Assembly: GCA_965644495.1 (NCBI GenBank)
Contig: CBFFSA010000006.1
Coordinates: 806,001 to 870,000, forward strand
Direction of reading: 5' to 3'
Source: Perkinsela sp. CCAP 1560/9
Lineage: Eukaryota; Protista; Euglenozoa: Kinetoplastea
DNA: 64,000 nucleotides
Part shown: positions 21,101-30,408 of the stretch, piece after piece
How the letters are laid out: every line of letters starts with the position of its first letter
Numbering within the stretch: the first letter of the stretch is position 1
The notes under the pieces: model-generated
The model's database searches: none
Told to the model about the DNA's origin: nothing
The model's input: only the letters and a program-made list of their open reading frames with translations
Program-made: the position numbers and the translations under genes

Positions 21101-24100
21101 TTCTGAAGTTCCTACTCCGAATACATCTCCACTTCAACTGAAATTTGATCCGGCTTCATGCGATGTCTCGATTGCTATGACATATTTTAAACATTTAAAA
21201 AATATCGGTGAACTTCCTTCTGCATTCGAAAAGTTGTCCTTATTTGTCAGTACTTTCTCTCAGCGCACCGACATTGATAGCTCTGCAAAAGCGATATGTC
21301 ATCTTACTCTGGGCGAGTGGAAACAGAGACTTGAGGATATCACCAGCCCATCAGGCGGGATAGTCTCTGATTTCGTGATGAAAAATCTAAAAATTGCAAA
21401 GGACTTTGATGATCAGAATTTTCGAGCGTGGCACTCTTGGGCAATGGCTAATTTGCACACCGCTCTTTCCTCATCACCTTGGGGAGAGAGTTCCCCTACC
21501 GGGTTTGGAGAAACACAACTTGCTTATCTAGTTTCCGCGCTGAAAGGATTTTTTCGTTCAGTGCAATTAAGTACCTCTCAAGCTTCCTCTGCAAAAGGGG
21601 TACAAAACCAAGACATAAAACTTCCCGTAACAGGTGACTCAGAGGATGACACATCCGCGTTAGTTCGTGACACTGATCTTCAAGATCTTCTTCGGATTCT
21701 TTTCATTTGGTTTAACTTTGGCCATTATACAGCTGTCTACGCTGAGATGGATCAAGGTTTAAAGCTGGTAAGACTCGATGCCTGGCTAAAGGTGCTCCCA
21801 CAATTGATATCTCGTATTGATATTATTCGCTCAGATGTACGTCAACAACTCCACCAATTATTGAGCCGTTTAGGAGAAGCGCACCCCCAGGCTATGATAT
21901 ACCCTCTCCAGCTTTGCGCCAACAGCTCCGAGGCTGCTTCCCGCAGCAAAGCTGCGTGTGCTCTTCTAGACTCCATTCGTAGGAAAAATGTATCACTTGT
22001 CGAAGATGTTGCCATTCTCAGCGAAGAGCTCATAAGAGTTGCCATCAGTTCTTGGGACCGCTGGCTAAACGCGATCGAAACAATTGCAAAACAGCGTCGA
22101 GGAGATGCTAGTACAGATCTTGATCTTTACATGGAGCACATTGGGCCCCTATATTCCGTGCTAGATAACCCAAAGACAAAGGATGAGAGGCTCTTCCAAA
22201 AAACACTTGGTCCCTTAATAAGACGTGCTTGGCGTTGCATCAACGACCTGCACGAGATTGAAATTCCAGAAGGGGAACAACCGGTAACAGAAGCCAGCCT
22301 TCCTGCCACCGAAGCAGGACGCTTTGCAGAGGCCTGGACACTACTTCGACAAGTCCACCAACGCTTAACGGAAAGAGTGCAATCACTTCCTAAAGTGGTG
22401 CCTTTAGAGGACTACTCGAGTGTTCTAGCGGAGCGCACTTTTACTCTTCCTATTCCTGGAACCTACAATCCACACGGACCCACGCTGCTCTTCTCCGGTT
22501 TTCACAGAGATCTGCGCATCATTCCGTCCAAGCAGCGGCCACGACGCGTAACCTTACGAGGTGTAAATGGGTATGAATACAAATTTCTTCTAAAAGGGCA
22601 CGAGGATTTGCGCATGGACGAACGTGTGATGCAACTGTTTACGCTATTAAATTCGTTTTTTGCCGTAAGCCCCCAGCTGCCCGCTGGACTTTCTATTTCC
22701 ACGTATAGCGTCATGCCGCTCTCTGAAAACGTCGGTTTGATTCAATGGATTGAAAATACTGAGACAGTGTATCAAATGATCACTTCGTATCGACAAGGCA
22801 GCGGGACGAGTCTTATGCTTGAAGTTAATTTATTAACGCAATTGGGAGATCTAAAGCACATCAATGACTTCAGTGACCTACCCTTCGCCAAGAAGCGCGA
22901 CTATCTTCAGCATGTTCTAGACAACACCCCCACAAGTGATCTTCGGTTGCTCTTTTGGGAACGTAATGACACGAGTGAAAATTGGATTGAATACCGCACG
23001 AATTATATTCGAACGATGGCAATGATGTCGATGGTAGGCTATGTCTTAGGTCTCGGTGATCGCCATTTGAACAACATAATGATTCATAGCAGTGGAAATG
23101 TTGTTCACATTGACTTTGGAGATTGTTTTGAGGTAGCTATGGCGCGAGAAAAATTTCCTGAAAAGGTTCCTTTTCGTCTAACGCGTATGTTGGTAGGGGC
23201 TATGGAGGCGTGCGGTCTTGATGGAACTTTTAAGCACATCTGTGAAAGAGTCATGACCGCGCTTCGTAAACACAAAGATTCCGTAACCTCTCTTTTGGAA
23301 ACTTTTGCGCATGACCCTCTGCTGAGTTGGCGTCTGGATACCCTCTATGAAAGTTCAACCACAGTAGATGCCGCCAGGGAAGCAGCAAAAAAGACAGTTG
23401 AGGTCCTTGAATTTGATGATGACCCATCTGGCCCTCCAGCGACTAAAACTCCTGGAGCGGCTACCATTGACGAGGCATCCTTATTGAACGCAGTTGAAAA
23501 GTTTTCCTTAATGCCCACTGATGAACTTATTTCACGATCTTATCGGGAAAAGGAGTTTAAGCACCACGCGAAAAAGCTTCTGATGCCAAAAGAGAAGGCA
23601 TTGACAAAGAACTCTGAAAATGAACATTCCTCAGTCAAGCTCGAGAATCTGGATGCAACTGACATGGTACGCTTGCACCAATATTGTTTACAACACTGGG
23701 ACACTTTGGGTGCTACATCTCCGAGGGCGGTTGGGTTACAAGATACAGTTGATAAAATGGAGGCGCTCTCCCTGTCTTCCCATTTAGAAACGTCTACATC
23801 ATCAGAGCACACAGGTACGCAATCTCGGGACCCAGAGACACGTTTTAAGGTGACGAATACCAAATCATTATCTGAAAAACCTTCAAGCAGGTCGGGAAGT
23901 CGGTTGACCTCTCCCACAGCTCGATTCACGGCTGACGACCTATCAGAAAACAAGTGCAACAGTACTCTACACTTTGAGGAGGAGAACCCTCTAGAAACTA
24001 ACGCCGTTACAAATGATCCCACCGATGGTCCAGAGCCTTCTTTGGAGGATGAAGAGCCTAACTTCATGGAAACTTCCGAACACTCTCCTGTCCCGATCTG

Positions 24101-25010
24101 TTCCACAGGTCCCTCTCGTTCTCGAATTCTTTTATCCGAGAAACCCACCGACCCCCACGCTCCCCCCCACCACAGCAGTCCCGAGGCCGACACCCCCCCA
24201 CCCCCCGCACCCCCCCACCCCTCCCTCCCCTCCCTCCTCAACCGCATCCACGACCTCCTCACCCAAACCCTCACCTCCTTCCACCCCGCCTTCCTCTCCG
24301 CCGTCCGCGTCTTCAAGGCCGCCTGCCGCCTCTACCCCCACGACCCCCTCCTCTTCCTCAAGGGCGTCGGGGAGCAACCCGAGTCCTTCATGGCGCTCCT
24401 CCGCGTGACCTACGGCATGAGCGGGAAGAACAAGACCGCGAGGCGCGTCCTGCGCCGGGTGCGGGACAAGCTCCACGGCACCGACTTCCACGCCCCCTGG
24501 CCCCCGCGGGGGGGGGCGGAGGCCCCGGGGTGTGTGCCGCAGCAGACGGAGAGCCCCCGCTCCGGGTCCCCGGGCTCCCCCCCCGGGGTGTTCGACGGCC
24601 GCGGGGTGCTGCACCCGATGATGTCGTACTGTGAGCGACCGGGACCGATCTTTCTCGGGACCTCGTATGTGGAGTCCACGCACACGATGCTGGGGGGAGG
24701 GGGGGGAGGGATAGGGATAGGGATGCCGACATGGGGGTATGGGGGGATGGGGATGGGAGGGGGAAGGGGGTGGCTAGGTGGAGGTGAGGAGGAGGGGGGG
24801 AATAAAGGAAATAGGGGGGGTGGGGGAATGAGGGTGGAGGGGGATGGGGGTAGTGGTTCTCCTGGAGGGGAGAATATGGGGGGGTTGTTAACGAGTTCGA
24901 ATAGTTTTCGGGGGTTAGAGGTGGGTCAACAGGTACAACGGTTAATTGCGGAGGCGACTTCGGTGGATAATTTGTGTGTGGCGTATGTGGGGTGGTGTCC
25001 GTTTTGGTGA
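15177..25010 (+). CDS. TOR3: TOR kinase with an internal PDZ domain (TOR3/TOR-like 1 type)
   Basis: HEAT region, FAT, PIKK domain (SKQRPR, KGHEDLRMDERVMQ, GLGDRHLNN, HIDFGDCFE) and FATC NLCVAYVGWCPFW. PDZ-like segment FGIGY...VVVTRIAENSPG...GSILIEIDG at ~19815-20060. Confidence 0.9.
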   Translation: MISTDKGSYLLSEDHFLVKASAGTNVFLISELFSSLREQANMYHPYAPEETFECVSAIKDHIQAYLAQLGREHIERINQELNYTFSANSLAGIQVMEALIDVPYMEHRTKRARFSNLLAAALQVANNEVTVDAAISGLHALVRDGGSLAIEIVSSEAMQCLEWMAVADTDHYLYTSCRIIGMLAAEVPEMLRPSISTEPLLQSIWISLCHPCQRTREYAGEALDRLVHAAIVPQQALSRSVTQCEMYLSKKCPIRFWHGSLLMLICIARNTRNPDYAMTVMDFVLQKRLHTDLCCRLTLIRMIPFFPLMTDLFVACYITRTLREVLYFYTSNGDPATKSCAFIALAELISNLKREAVLPHLNDMMKRTLDALCKVASEEEEANKQVDPISEKPGQIPISTSDSVSIASKANDISETSDSMDGNKEMSRIGSPSGVAPSCVFPLPENTKGTTESANSMPDSHITKRNVTIEALKCLGEIAKISDKAWLQPQIEAFMDRLFAGGLNRFLTDSLSILGESLPEFVPTFQERLLTIIMHTLQTPKENYVASTESSKLLPYRGKRRPRIRIYGRSSLTLKLTAQLSDISHFRDFGVSDKFDPYRDKTRHYEQDEGKVAGKPSLEDRILAVRTLATFNPKSNDMIQGLLRTHLAPLLKDPSVELREVVVRTILKIFSVSLDIGTDITSPLSSTTTMSPTSSQSCLMVDTDILREIVDIGVADIADGVRYEVMKGLDSRLDSHLASPDILETLFMSLHDEKLGVREAGLSVICRLTKVHPAYVIPALKKIQAQFIAELQHSRNYAYMEHSARMLLQMICNDIPVESHGSPQQDFLGLVLEKIQSGSGPSQLCTTLFELVSGIVQRSILHHDEKTTGNSKVLDVVVSSVQDRTSSIRRRAALNALAGILRSTSLVSEAFHKAFPDLFSVLLQCLHGETRVDTLTRREVLCVLGTVGAVDPMRLKRLHVRRREQRLTDDEASAVERFLVRTILPARCNRRIAEHYPAVLLSALVKILSSRSIVSASAMQTMSSLLTTLKPTQLVPHLELLLPIGLQLLSDANRRVFHADVLSHMLSLLHIDQQKADASDGCRHALVVLEALSTYCETCDTNSANTTSCRILVNVVKILSEIARSFSTVIRPGIESWIFNFMVQRMIEDRTEKREICMLVIQGFESFISALDKDIYYLVPLILQYIKPAAHTPTGIALNMHCLNFLSVAAKQTNFKEISTRTVHHLLRLLEHTPSRTVEHKTTEVLCEILKALGKFGSKFLPLIQMYSEAKGVTDSNFQQLIQHFSGVQNIRTDKEAPATSPTSRSAEIPFTGAVTSSTGSSDQTILILRMTPRREVTQNEITSTLAKALGTPASDIELVHLQRTVPYLGHMYAHIRFIGSNALRLQNLLFQKTEENCLPASLHIESVKQKQTELVPEEGLSTLMSFFSGSVPIDRSTAEWMQWFDSLSLEMLRHSTDSGMRCISSLANEYSPLIRDLFPYVFHNVFRSLREDIQSNIMHYLTRMVLVCEKEVSALLISLVEFLMPYRVPKPSVEFFYGKLETRRVQRGNLFDKFGIGYGEGTDPKPADTVYNDHVVVTRIAENSPGANAKVPVGSILIEIDGIPVQRVSEIHSLLDGRLEIMLTIQPPPRARYVHIMRPFFDLDVLIQVSLDANNYARALLFCETQYIETPVEKHVHDFRMVSRLTSLYQQLHLPEGASGLLEQLLRDTQQTRSETSRNLKHGDNEVEYLIEKFACETGRGEALETLQQYSRAIETYRTRLSESDAKGMLPDHSQVLGLCRCYRIDGYWPELVNVVKDYWSICTTSQRTDLALESAAAAWYMEDWNFLDSCQQVPPEKQSDFYKTVLHIRSGDYESAQKCVNQGRSRLDCALSGSLKDTYDMGYEHLMNLQNLCELEEVISYAQNLDWRDQLQSGWQKRISSAAPVPKQLLVNLSLHALVRPVHEDIPTWISFIDIARQKNRPRMAECALARLLSEVPTPNTSPLQLKFDPASCDVSIAMTYFKHLKNIGELPSAFEKLSLFVSTFSQRTDIDSSAKAICHLTLGEWKQRLEDITSPSGGIVSDFVMKNLKIAKDFDDQNFRAWHSWAMANLHTALSSSPWGESSPTGFGETQLAYLVSALKGFFRSVQLSTSQASSAKGVQNQDIKLPVTGDSEDDTSALVRDTDLQDLLRILFIWFNFGHYTAVYAEMDQGLKLVRLDAWLKVLPQLISRIDIIRSDVRQQLHQLLSRLGEAHPQAMIYPLQLCANSSEAASRSKAACALLDSIRRKNVSLVEDVAILSEELIRVAISSWDRWLNAIETIAKQRRGDASTDLDLYMEHIGPLYSVLDNPKTKDERLFQKTLGPLIRRAWRCINDLHEIEIPEGEQPVTEASLPATEAGRFAEAWTLLRQVHQRLTERVQSLPKVVPLEDYSSVLAERTFTLPIPGTYNPHGPTLLFSGFHRDLRIIPSKQRPRRVTLRGVNGYEYKFLLKGHEDLRMDERVMQLFTLLNSFFAVSPQLPAGLSISTYSVMPLSENVGLIQWIENTETVYQMITSYRQGSGTSLMLEVNLLTQLGDLKHINDFSDLPFAKKRDYLQHVLDNTPTSDLRLLFWERNDTSENWIEYRTNYIRTMAMMSMVGYVLGLGDRHLNNIMIHSSGNVVHIDFGDCFEVAMAREKFPEKVPFRLTRMLVGAMEACGLDGTFKHICERVMTALRKHKDSVTSLLETFAHDPLLSWRLDTLYESSTTVDAAREAAKKTVEVLEFDDDPSGPPATKTPGAATIDEASLLNAVEKFSLMPTDELISRSYREKEFKHHAKKLLMPKEKALTKNSENEHSSVKLENLDATDMVRLHQYCLQHWDTLGATSPRAVGLQDTVDKMEALSLSSHLETSTSSEHTGTQSRDPETRFKVTNTKSLSEKPSSRSGSRLTSPTARFTADDLSENKCNSTLHFEEENPLETNAVTNDPTDGPEPSLEDEEPNFMETSEHSPVPICSTGPSRSRILLSEKPTDPHAPPHHSSPEADTPPPPAPPHPSLPSLLNRIHDLLTQTLTSFHPAFLSAVRVFKAACRLYPHDPLLFLKGVGEQPESFMALLRVTYGMSGKNKTARRVLRRVRDKLHGTDFHAPWPPRGGAEAPGCVPQQTESPRSGSPGSPPGVFDGRGVLHPMMSYCERPGPIFLGTSYVESTHTMLGGGGGGIGIGMPTWGYGGMGMGGGRGWLGGGEEEGGNKGNRGGGGMRVEGDGGSGSPGGENMGGLLTSSNSFRGLEVGQQVQRLIAEATSVDNLCVAYVGWCPFW

Positions 25011-25060
25011 AAAGAGAGGTGGATAGGATAGTGGTGCGGAGTGGTGGTGTTGAAATAGAA
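24140..25060. other. GC-skew switch island 1 (C-rich then G-rich on + strand)
   Basis: 24191-24300 is mostly C with 5 G. 24731-24858 contains a single C. GC-rich centre at ~24400-24650. Confidence 0.85.
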
Positions 25061-25349
25061 CGAAAGATCCATTAGGGGTCTTATTTTGTAGTTTGTGTTT
25101 TTTGACATGCTTCGTGTTTTTTGTATACAGTAGAACATCTTACAGTCTTGTACTGTGTATTGAGTGTTCAATGCGCTTGATTTCTCTTTTACAGAAATTA
25201 AAGAGAATGTGTCCTTGCAAAAGTACATTGCTGTTTTCTTATGTAAATTTAGAATAATCACTGCCTTGCTGTTATTGAAGAATTACTGCTACTGATTATT
25301 GTCCACGTGTCTGAATCTATCAATAAATGAAACCTATGATCTAGTGAAT

Positions 25350-26834
25350 ATGCACGAATCACTTTCCTTCTTTGATGATTCTTTGGTACAAGAAAACATC
25401 TCTCGTGCGGGGATTGAAGGGTCAGTCGCGATGCATCGCTCTTTTCAATCTCTCATTTCACAACGTTCCCTCCCGGAGGATGGGTGGTCCGAGTTAGCCA
25501 TAGAGCGCTTTCTGCACTTCCTATCCTCTCAGGATAGCAACAATTTTTTACATCATGTGGGAGGAGGGGAACGTGAGGGTCGTGTGCTTAGTTCTCTTGT
25601 TCGACGACGCCACTTCTACTTAGCGCACGGCATGGGAAGGTCTGGGTACCTAACGGAAGACCAACCAAAGGCAGTTGGTTCCTCTTTGTTACAAAGGCTG
25701 ACGAACCGGCTTGTCGTTTCTTTTTTTCAGAAATCTTTAGGTTGCACTTACGTCAAAGAGGCATGCATAGTACCCCTTTGCACTGGGATGTCGTTAACAC
25801 TCGTTCTGAACTTTCTGCGTTCTAAGAGCCATTCGAACAAGAAATTTGTTCTTTGGCCTCGAATCGATCAGAAATCATGCTTAAAGAGCATATTTTGCGC
25901 AGGACTTGTTCCCGCGGTCATTCCTCTTACTCCATCTGCAAATTCGAATCCAAAAACCTGCTTTTCGGAAGAGGATGCTCACTTTTTGGCAACCGATGTT
26001 GCCGAAGTGAGACGATATATTCGTATTCTAGGCGAGGAAAACATATTGTGCCTGTTGAGTACCACGTCTTGTTTTGCTCCGCGTCTTCCTGATGACGTCC
26101 TGCTCTTGTCGCGCCTTTGTAGTGAATTTAATCTTCCACACGTCGTGAATAATGCCTACGGACTTCAAAGCCGCGAAACAATGAAACGAATTAATGCCGG
26201 GATGAGCTCCAATGGCGGGCGTATCGACGTTTTAGTACAAAGTACTGATAAAAATCTTTTGGTGCCGGTGGGAGGTTCTATTCTTGCGTCCAGTAATCCT
26301 GAGACTATTCAAGAGATATGCAGCACCTATCCTGGAAGAGCAAGTATCTCACCAACTCTTGATGTTTTTATCACTCTCCTGCAGCTTGGCAAATCCGGAG
26401 TACGCGAGCTGTGGGACGCCCGTCAGACTGTTTTATCTGAGTTTTTGGATTGTCTAAGACGTACAGCTGCGCGGTTAAAGGAAAATGCATGGATTCATCC
26501 CAAGAACGACATTTCCTTCGGACTTACTCTTACACATTTACCCACAGACGAGGCCTGCCGAAATCTTGGGAGCAGATTATTTCGCAACGGTGTCACGGGC
26601 ACCCGAGTGGTGGGGAAAGATTCCGGTTCAAAATCTATTGAATGTATTACGTTTCAGAACTATGGCGCTCACTCTGGTTCATATTCGTACAAAAATTGTG
26701 ATTTTCATATGGATTATGTAGATCACTCCGATGGGATACCATACCTCTCTTTAGCATGTGCATTAGGAATGAAAAGAACTGAAGTACACAACCTTTTTCG
26801 CAAAATTGAAACGCTGTATTTGAAATTAATGTAA
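25350..26834 (+). CDS. SEPSECS: O-phosphoseryl-tRNA(Sec) selenium transferase
   Basis: GEREGRV, HGMGRSG..QPKA.GSS, RIDQKSC, HVVNNAYGLQ, and PLP lysine motif VQSTDKN. First ATG at 25350. Confidence 0.95.
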   Translation: MHESLSFFDDSLVQENISRAGIEGSVAMHRSFQSLISQRSLPEDGWSELAIERFLHFLSSQDSNNFLHHVGGGEREGRVLSSLVRRRHFYLAHGMGRSGYLTEDQPKAVGSSLLQRLTNRLVVSFFQKSLGCTYVKEACIVPLCTGMSLTLVLNFLRSKSHSNKKFVLWPRIDQKSCLKSIFCAGLVPAVIPLTPSANSNPKTCFSEEDAHFLATDVAEVRRYIRILGEENILCLLSTTSCFAPRLPDDVLLLSRLCSEFNLPHVVNNAYGLQSRETMKRINAGMSSNGGRIDVLVQSTDKNLLVPVGGSILASSNPETIQEICSTYPGRASISPTLDVFITLLQLGKSGVRELWDARQTVLSEFLDCLRRTAARLKENAWIHPKNDISFGLTLTHLPTDEACRNLGSRLFRNGVTGTRVVGKDSGSKSIECITFQNYGAHSGSYSYKNCDFHMDYVDHSDGIPYLSLACALGMKRTEVHNLFRKIETLYLKLM

Positions 26835-27106
26835 TGATACGGCGTTGTTCTATTTTTGATGTTTTGGTGAGGCGCATTTATGAACCTTCGACATCAAGTT
26901 TGCGATCTGGAACTATTGGAGTAAGGTCGCGTCTTTTCAACTCGTAGAGAACCTACATTACTTGTAATACAGGCTGTAAAGTAATTCATAAGTACTAATC
27001 CACGCTTATAAACTTTTATTTCATCAGGTGATCCAGTGTTACAGGAATATTCTTCTGGGAGTAGCATGAGATTGGAAGATAGCAGAGCAGAGAACTCGAT
27101 TGCAGA

Positions 27107-28669
27107 TTGTTAATGAAATGTCAGAGCGGATCCAGCATTCAAACTTACCAAACCTATTTATCAGAGCATCAGCAAGATCTTTATGACAGACAAATTGTCT
27201 TGTGGGGGGAGGAAGCGCAGAATCGACTCGCTCTCTCTACTGTTTATCTCTTGGGAATAAGTGCTGCCGCGTGTGAAGCGCTTCGATGTCTTGTTCTTGC
27301 AGGCTTGGGTTCGTTTTGCATTGTAGATGAGAGGTTCTGTACGCCGGACGATCTGTCTTCTGTCATTAGTTTCGGCGATATGCAAGAAGGTTGTTTTCGT
27401 GCCCAGGCTTCACGAGATTTTCTTGCGGACTTGAACACGTCATGCATGTCGCATGCAGTGCTTCGTGATCCAGCTGAATGGATTTCTGAAAATGTCAGCA
27501 CGTTCGACGAATTTTCTCTTGTTCTCTGCGGGGATGTTGAGCGAAAATCTCTTTTTCAAATTGCTTTGGCGGTCTCTATGCAATGCGTTCCTTTGTTATA
27601 TGTGAGATCTCTCGGCTTTTTCGGGTGTCTTCAAGTCCAAATTCCCCCTGTTGTGGTTGTTGATTCCTATCGTGATGAGGAGTATTGGGATCTTAGATTG
27701 GATAATCCTTTCCCGGCTTTAGTCAAATTTATCGAGCATCATTCAAAAGTTGTACATGAAATTAAAAATTTGAAGACATCAAACATTCTTCCGTGGCCGA
27801 TTGTAGCCTATATTATTTTGTTGAAATCTAAAACTTTGAGCAGTATCGAATTCGAAAACGAAGAGCAGACTCATCCCTTTGCTGCTCGGGAAATTTTGAA
27901 GCACAAACATCAGTTAACCACACCACAGTTGACCGAGAACACTCAAACCGTATTTTCGCACGTATCACTCGATACCCCTAAGAATGAATCAATTGCTGTT
28001 CTTCGAAGCATACGGGATTTTTACAATTCTAAAAATTTGTTACCACACTCGGGTCTACTCCATGACATAGAATGCGATGCTCAAGTCTATATTCAGCTTA
28101 GAAACATATATTCTACGAAACATAATGAAGACGTAGAAGTCGTAGTTCAACAGGCCAAAAAACATATTTTATCTTTCGTTGATCCTATCAAACTACGGAA
28201 GTACGCGCAATTGTACTGTCGAAACGCCCACCGCTTACATATTTGCGAATCTTCTACCAGTATTTTTGAATGTATTTCCTCCTTCGAAGGATGCATTGCT
28301 GAAGACAACGCTTCCATGGCCTCTGATTCACTCACTAATATTGACCCCCTCGTAGCCCTCTTTTTACTTTTAGACACCGGCTTTGCTGATTTTCGAAATA
28401 CTGCTGTGTTCAAAGCACCCAATGCAGCGGATGCGTTCACAAAGCAGAGGGATACGGAGGTTCGTGCTTGCTCCAATCTTTTTAATCATAATTTACATGA
28501 ATATCTGTCACGGCTTTATCAAGAGAACGTTGGTTGTGTTGACTCTGTTTCTAGTATTTTAGGTGGATTCGCTGCACAGGAAGCTCAAAAACTTTTGACC
28601 CGAACGGGAGTAATTATGCCTAATGGTCTTGTATACGATGGTATGAGGAATATTTGCCGGAATCTTTGA
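27107..28669 (+). CDS. NAE1: NEDD8-activating enzyme E1 regulatory subunit (APPBP1/Ula1)
   Basis: YDRQIVLWGEEAQ, LVLAGLGSFCIVD, DLRLDNPFPAL, GGFAAQEAQKLLT. Confidence 0.85.
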   Translation: MLMKCQSGSSIQTYQTYLSEHQQDLYDRQIVLWGEEAQNRLALSTVYLLGISAAACEALRCLVLAGLGSFCIVDERFCTPDDLSSVISFGDMQEGCFRAQASRDFLADLNTSCMSHAVLRDPAEWISENVSTFDEFSLVLCGDVERKSLFQIALAVSMQCVPLLYVRSLGFFGCLQVQIPPVVVVDSYRDEEYWDLRLDNPFPALVKFIEHHSKVVHEIKNLKTSNILPWPIVAYIILLKSKTLSSIEFENEEQTHPFAAREILKHKHQLTTPQLTENTQTVFSHVSLDTPKNESIAVLRSIRDFYNSKNLLPHSGLLHDIECDAQVYIQLRNIYSTKHNEDVEVVVQQAKKHILSFVDPIKLRKYAQLYCRNAHRLHICESSTSIFECISSFEGCIAEDNASMASDSLTNIDPLVALFLLLDTGFADFRNTAVFKAPNAADAFTKQRDTEVRACSNLFNHNLHEYLSRLYQENVGCVDSVSSILGGFAAQEAQKLLTRTGVIMPNGLVYDGMRNICRNL

Positions 28670-28923
28670 TCCGCAATAAACGCATAAAGCACGTAACAGG
28701 AATGGTCATACTTCTAAATGGTTGAAGGAACAAACTTATATCTTACACCTACTACTAGGGACTACGTATAGTACGTGTATTCGTATGTGTACGTATGCTT
28801 ACGCGTATACGTTTGTATTGCACAAATATTTATAAATTATATGTTTATACACATGCATGTTCTCACATGCTTACATGAACGTTGTATATCACTCTTCTAT
28901 TTTTATCTTTCGCCTGATACACC

Positions 28924-29304
28924 ATGAATCACATGTCTAAATTTCGTGCTTCCAGCCAATTTTTTTCTAGTCCATTGTTTCGTAATTGTCACAGTCGACC
29001 AAACCACGCGCTCTTGTACTCCACATCGTTACGCTTCTTTAATTTTCATATGCGCTACGCAGATTTCGATTTACCCACCAGGGGAGAGTTTCCGCATGGA
29101 CTTGAGAATCCGGGATTTATCAAAAAAATGGATAAAAATTTGCCGTGGTATTTTACACACTATCGCACAATGCACATATGGCCTCGAGACGGCGATGGCT
29201 GGGATGATCTGGAAAGCGACCAAAGGCAATCAGACTTGCACATGTACTACACCTTGGCGTGGTGGAAATTAGGTGCGGATATGTCAAACCCGAATGATTA
29301 TTAA
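28924..29304 (+). CDS. Small protein, probably mitochondrial, function unassigned
   Basis: Presequence-like R/S/F-rich N-terminus followed by an aromatic-rich body (GEFPHGLENPGF...LPWYFTHY); co-directional with its neighbours. Confidence 0.6.
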   Translation: MNHMSKFRASSQFFSSPLFRNCHSRPNHALLYSTSLRFFNFHMRYADFDLPTRGEFPHGLENPGFIKKMDKNLPWYFTHYRTMHIWPRDGDGWDDLESDQRQSDLHMYYTLAWWKLGADMSNPNDY

Positions 29305-29490
29305 AAAGACTTAAAGATATGAGAAGTCGAATGACATTGTGTGGAGTAGTAAAACTTGTTTTTTAATGTTGCAACAGGCTCCTACATAAATATTGAGCGA
29401 GAAACAGACTTACAAAACTTTTTGAGAAGTAATCGGTTGACAGCATAAAAAAATAGTTTTTAGCTGATCATTGTTTCTCTTTATTTGTTC

Positions 29491-30105
29491 ATGTTCTCTA
29501 AAGTACTAGCTTCATCCCTAAACAGAATTTCGCATTTAGTACAGCGCTCACAGCTACGATCATATTGCAAGGCTCCCGTTATTGCGTCTCATTCATCCCG
29601 TCCAGATGCGGAATCGCGTTCATCGAATAGTTTTCCTTCAACTATCTGCCTAGACGACCAGAAATTATTTCACGCAGCCCTAAAAGGGTCTGATCATGAA
29701 TCATATGATCTTAGGAATTATAAAGCACCTGTACAGCAATGTCCGGAAGACTCAACTCAGTCTTTAGATGCAGAGATAAACAACTGCTCGGGTCTTTCCT
29801 CGGAAAGTAAGTCAACAACATCGAAACGGTTGGGCGATAAGGGTGTGGGTCCATCTTCTGGAGAGTTGCTGATGGCGTTTACGTGTACCAAATGTGAAAC
29901 GCGATCCGTTAAGCGTTTCTCCAAACGATCTTACTACCATGGTATAGTCATTGTACAATGTCCAGGATGTAGAGGAAAGCACTTGTTAGCTGATCATCTT
30001 GGATGGTTCGAAAATCAGAAGGGAACTATAGAGGACGTTTTAAGAAAGAGGGGAGAAAGTATGCAACGCATAACATCGCAGGATTTGTTTTTCCTTGATT
30101 CTTAG
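29491..30105 (+). CDS. ZIM17: Mitochondrial DNL-type zinc finger chaperone (Zim17/Hep1)
   Basis: FTCTKCETRS...SYYHGIVIVQCPGC..KHLLADHLGWF; presequence-like N-terminus. Confidence 0.9.
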   Translation: MFSKVLASSLNRISHLVQRSQLRSYCKAPVIASHSSRPDAESRSSNSFPSTICLDDQKLFHAALKGSDHESYDLRNYKAPVQQCPEDSTQSLDAEINNCSGLSSESKSTTSKRLGDKGVGPSSGELLMAFTCTKCETRSVKRFSKRSYYHGIVIVQCPGCRGKHLLADHLGWFENQKGTIEDVLRKRGESMQRITSQDLFFLDS

Positions 30106-30408
30106 ATTTTGGTAACATCTGCTTTCTTTTATCGCTTGCTTTTTTATTGCAGTAAATTACATTGTAATTTGATCACAAACTATGTATTCTGTTTAACAGA
30201 ATACGTAATTTCTGTATTCACCCTTCTGTACATGTTTGTCTGAAAGTAAAGCCGATTTCCTTTTATTTTTTTTTATTTTAAAATCTATAAATAATTTGTA
30301 CGTGTGTTTTTATCTCTGAATTTTTGTTTTAGTATTTTCGAAATTTGAAACGCTATATTATAGTTTTAGCGGACCCATTAACTACGATTCTTGAACTTAA
30401 AATTTTCA

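Noticed and set aside
23540-24732. Long antisense and alternative-frame ORFs over the TOR 3' end
   Set aside because: By-products of stop-poor, GC-rich skewed sequence; the translations are low complexity.
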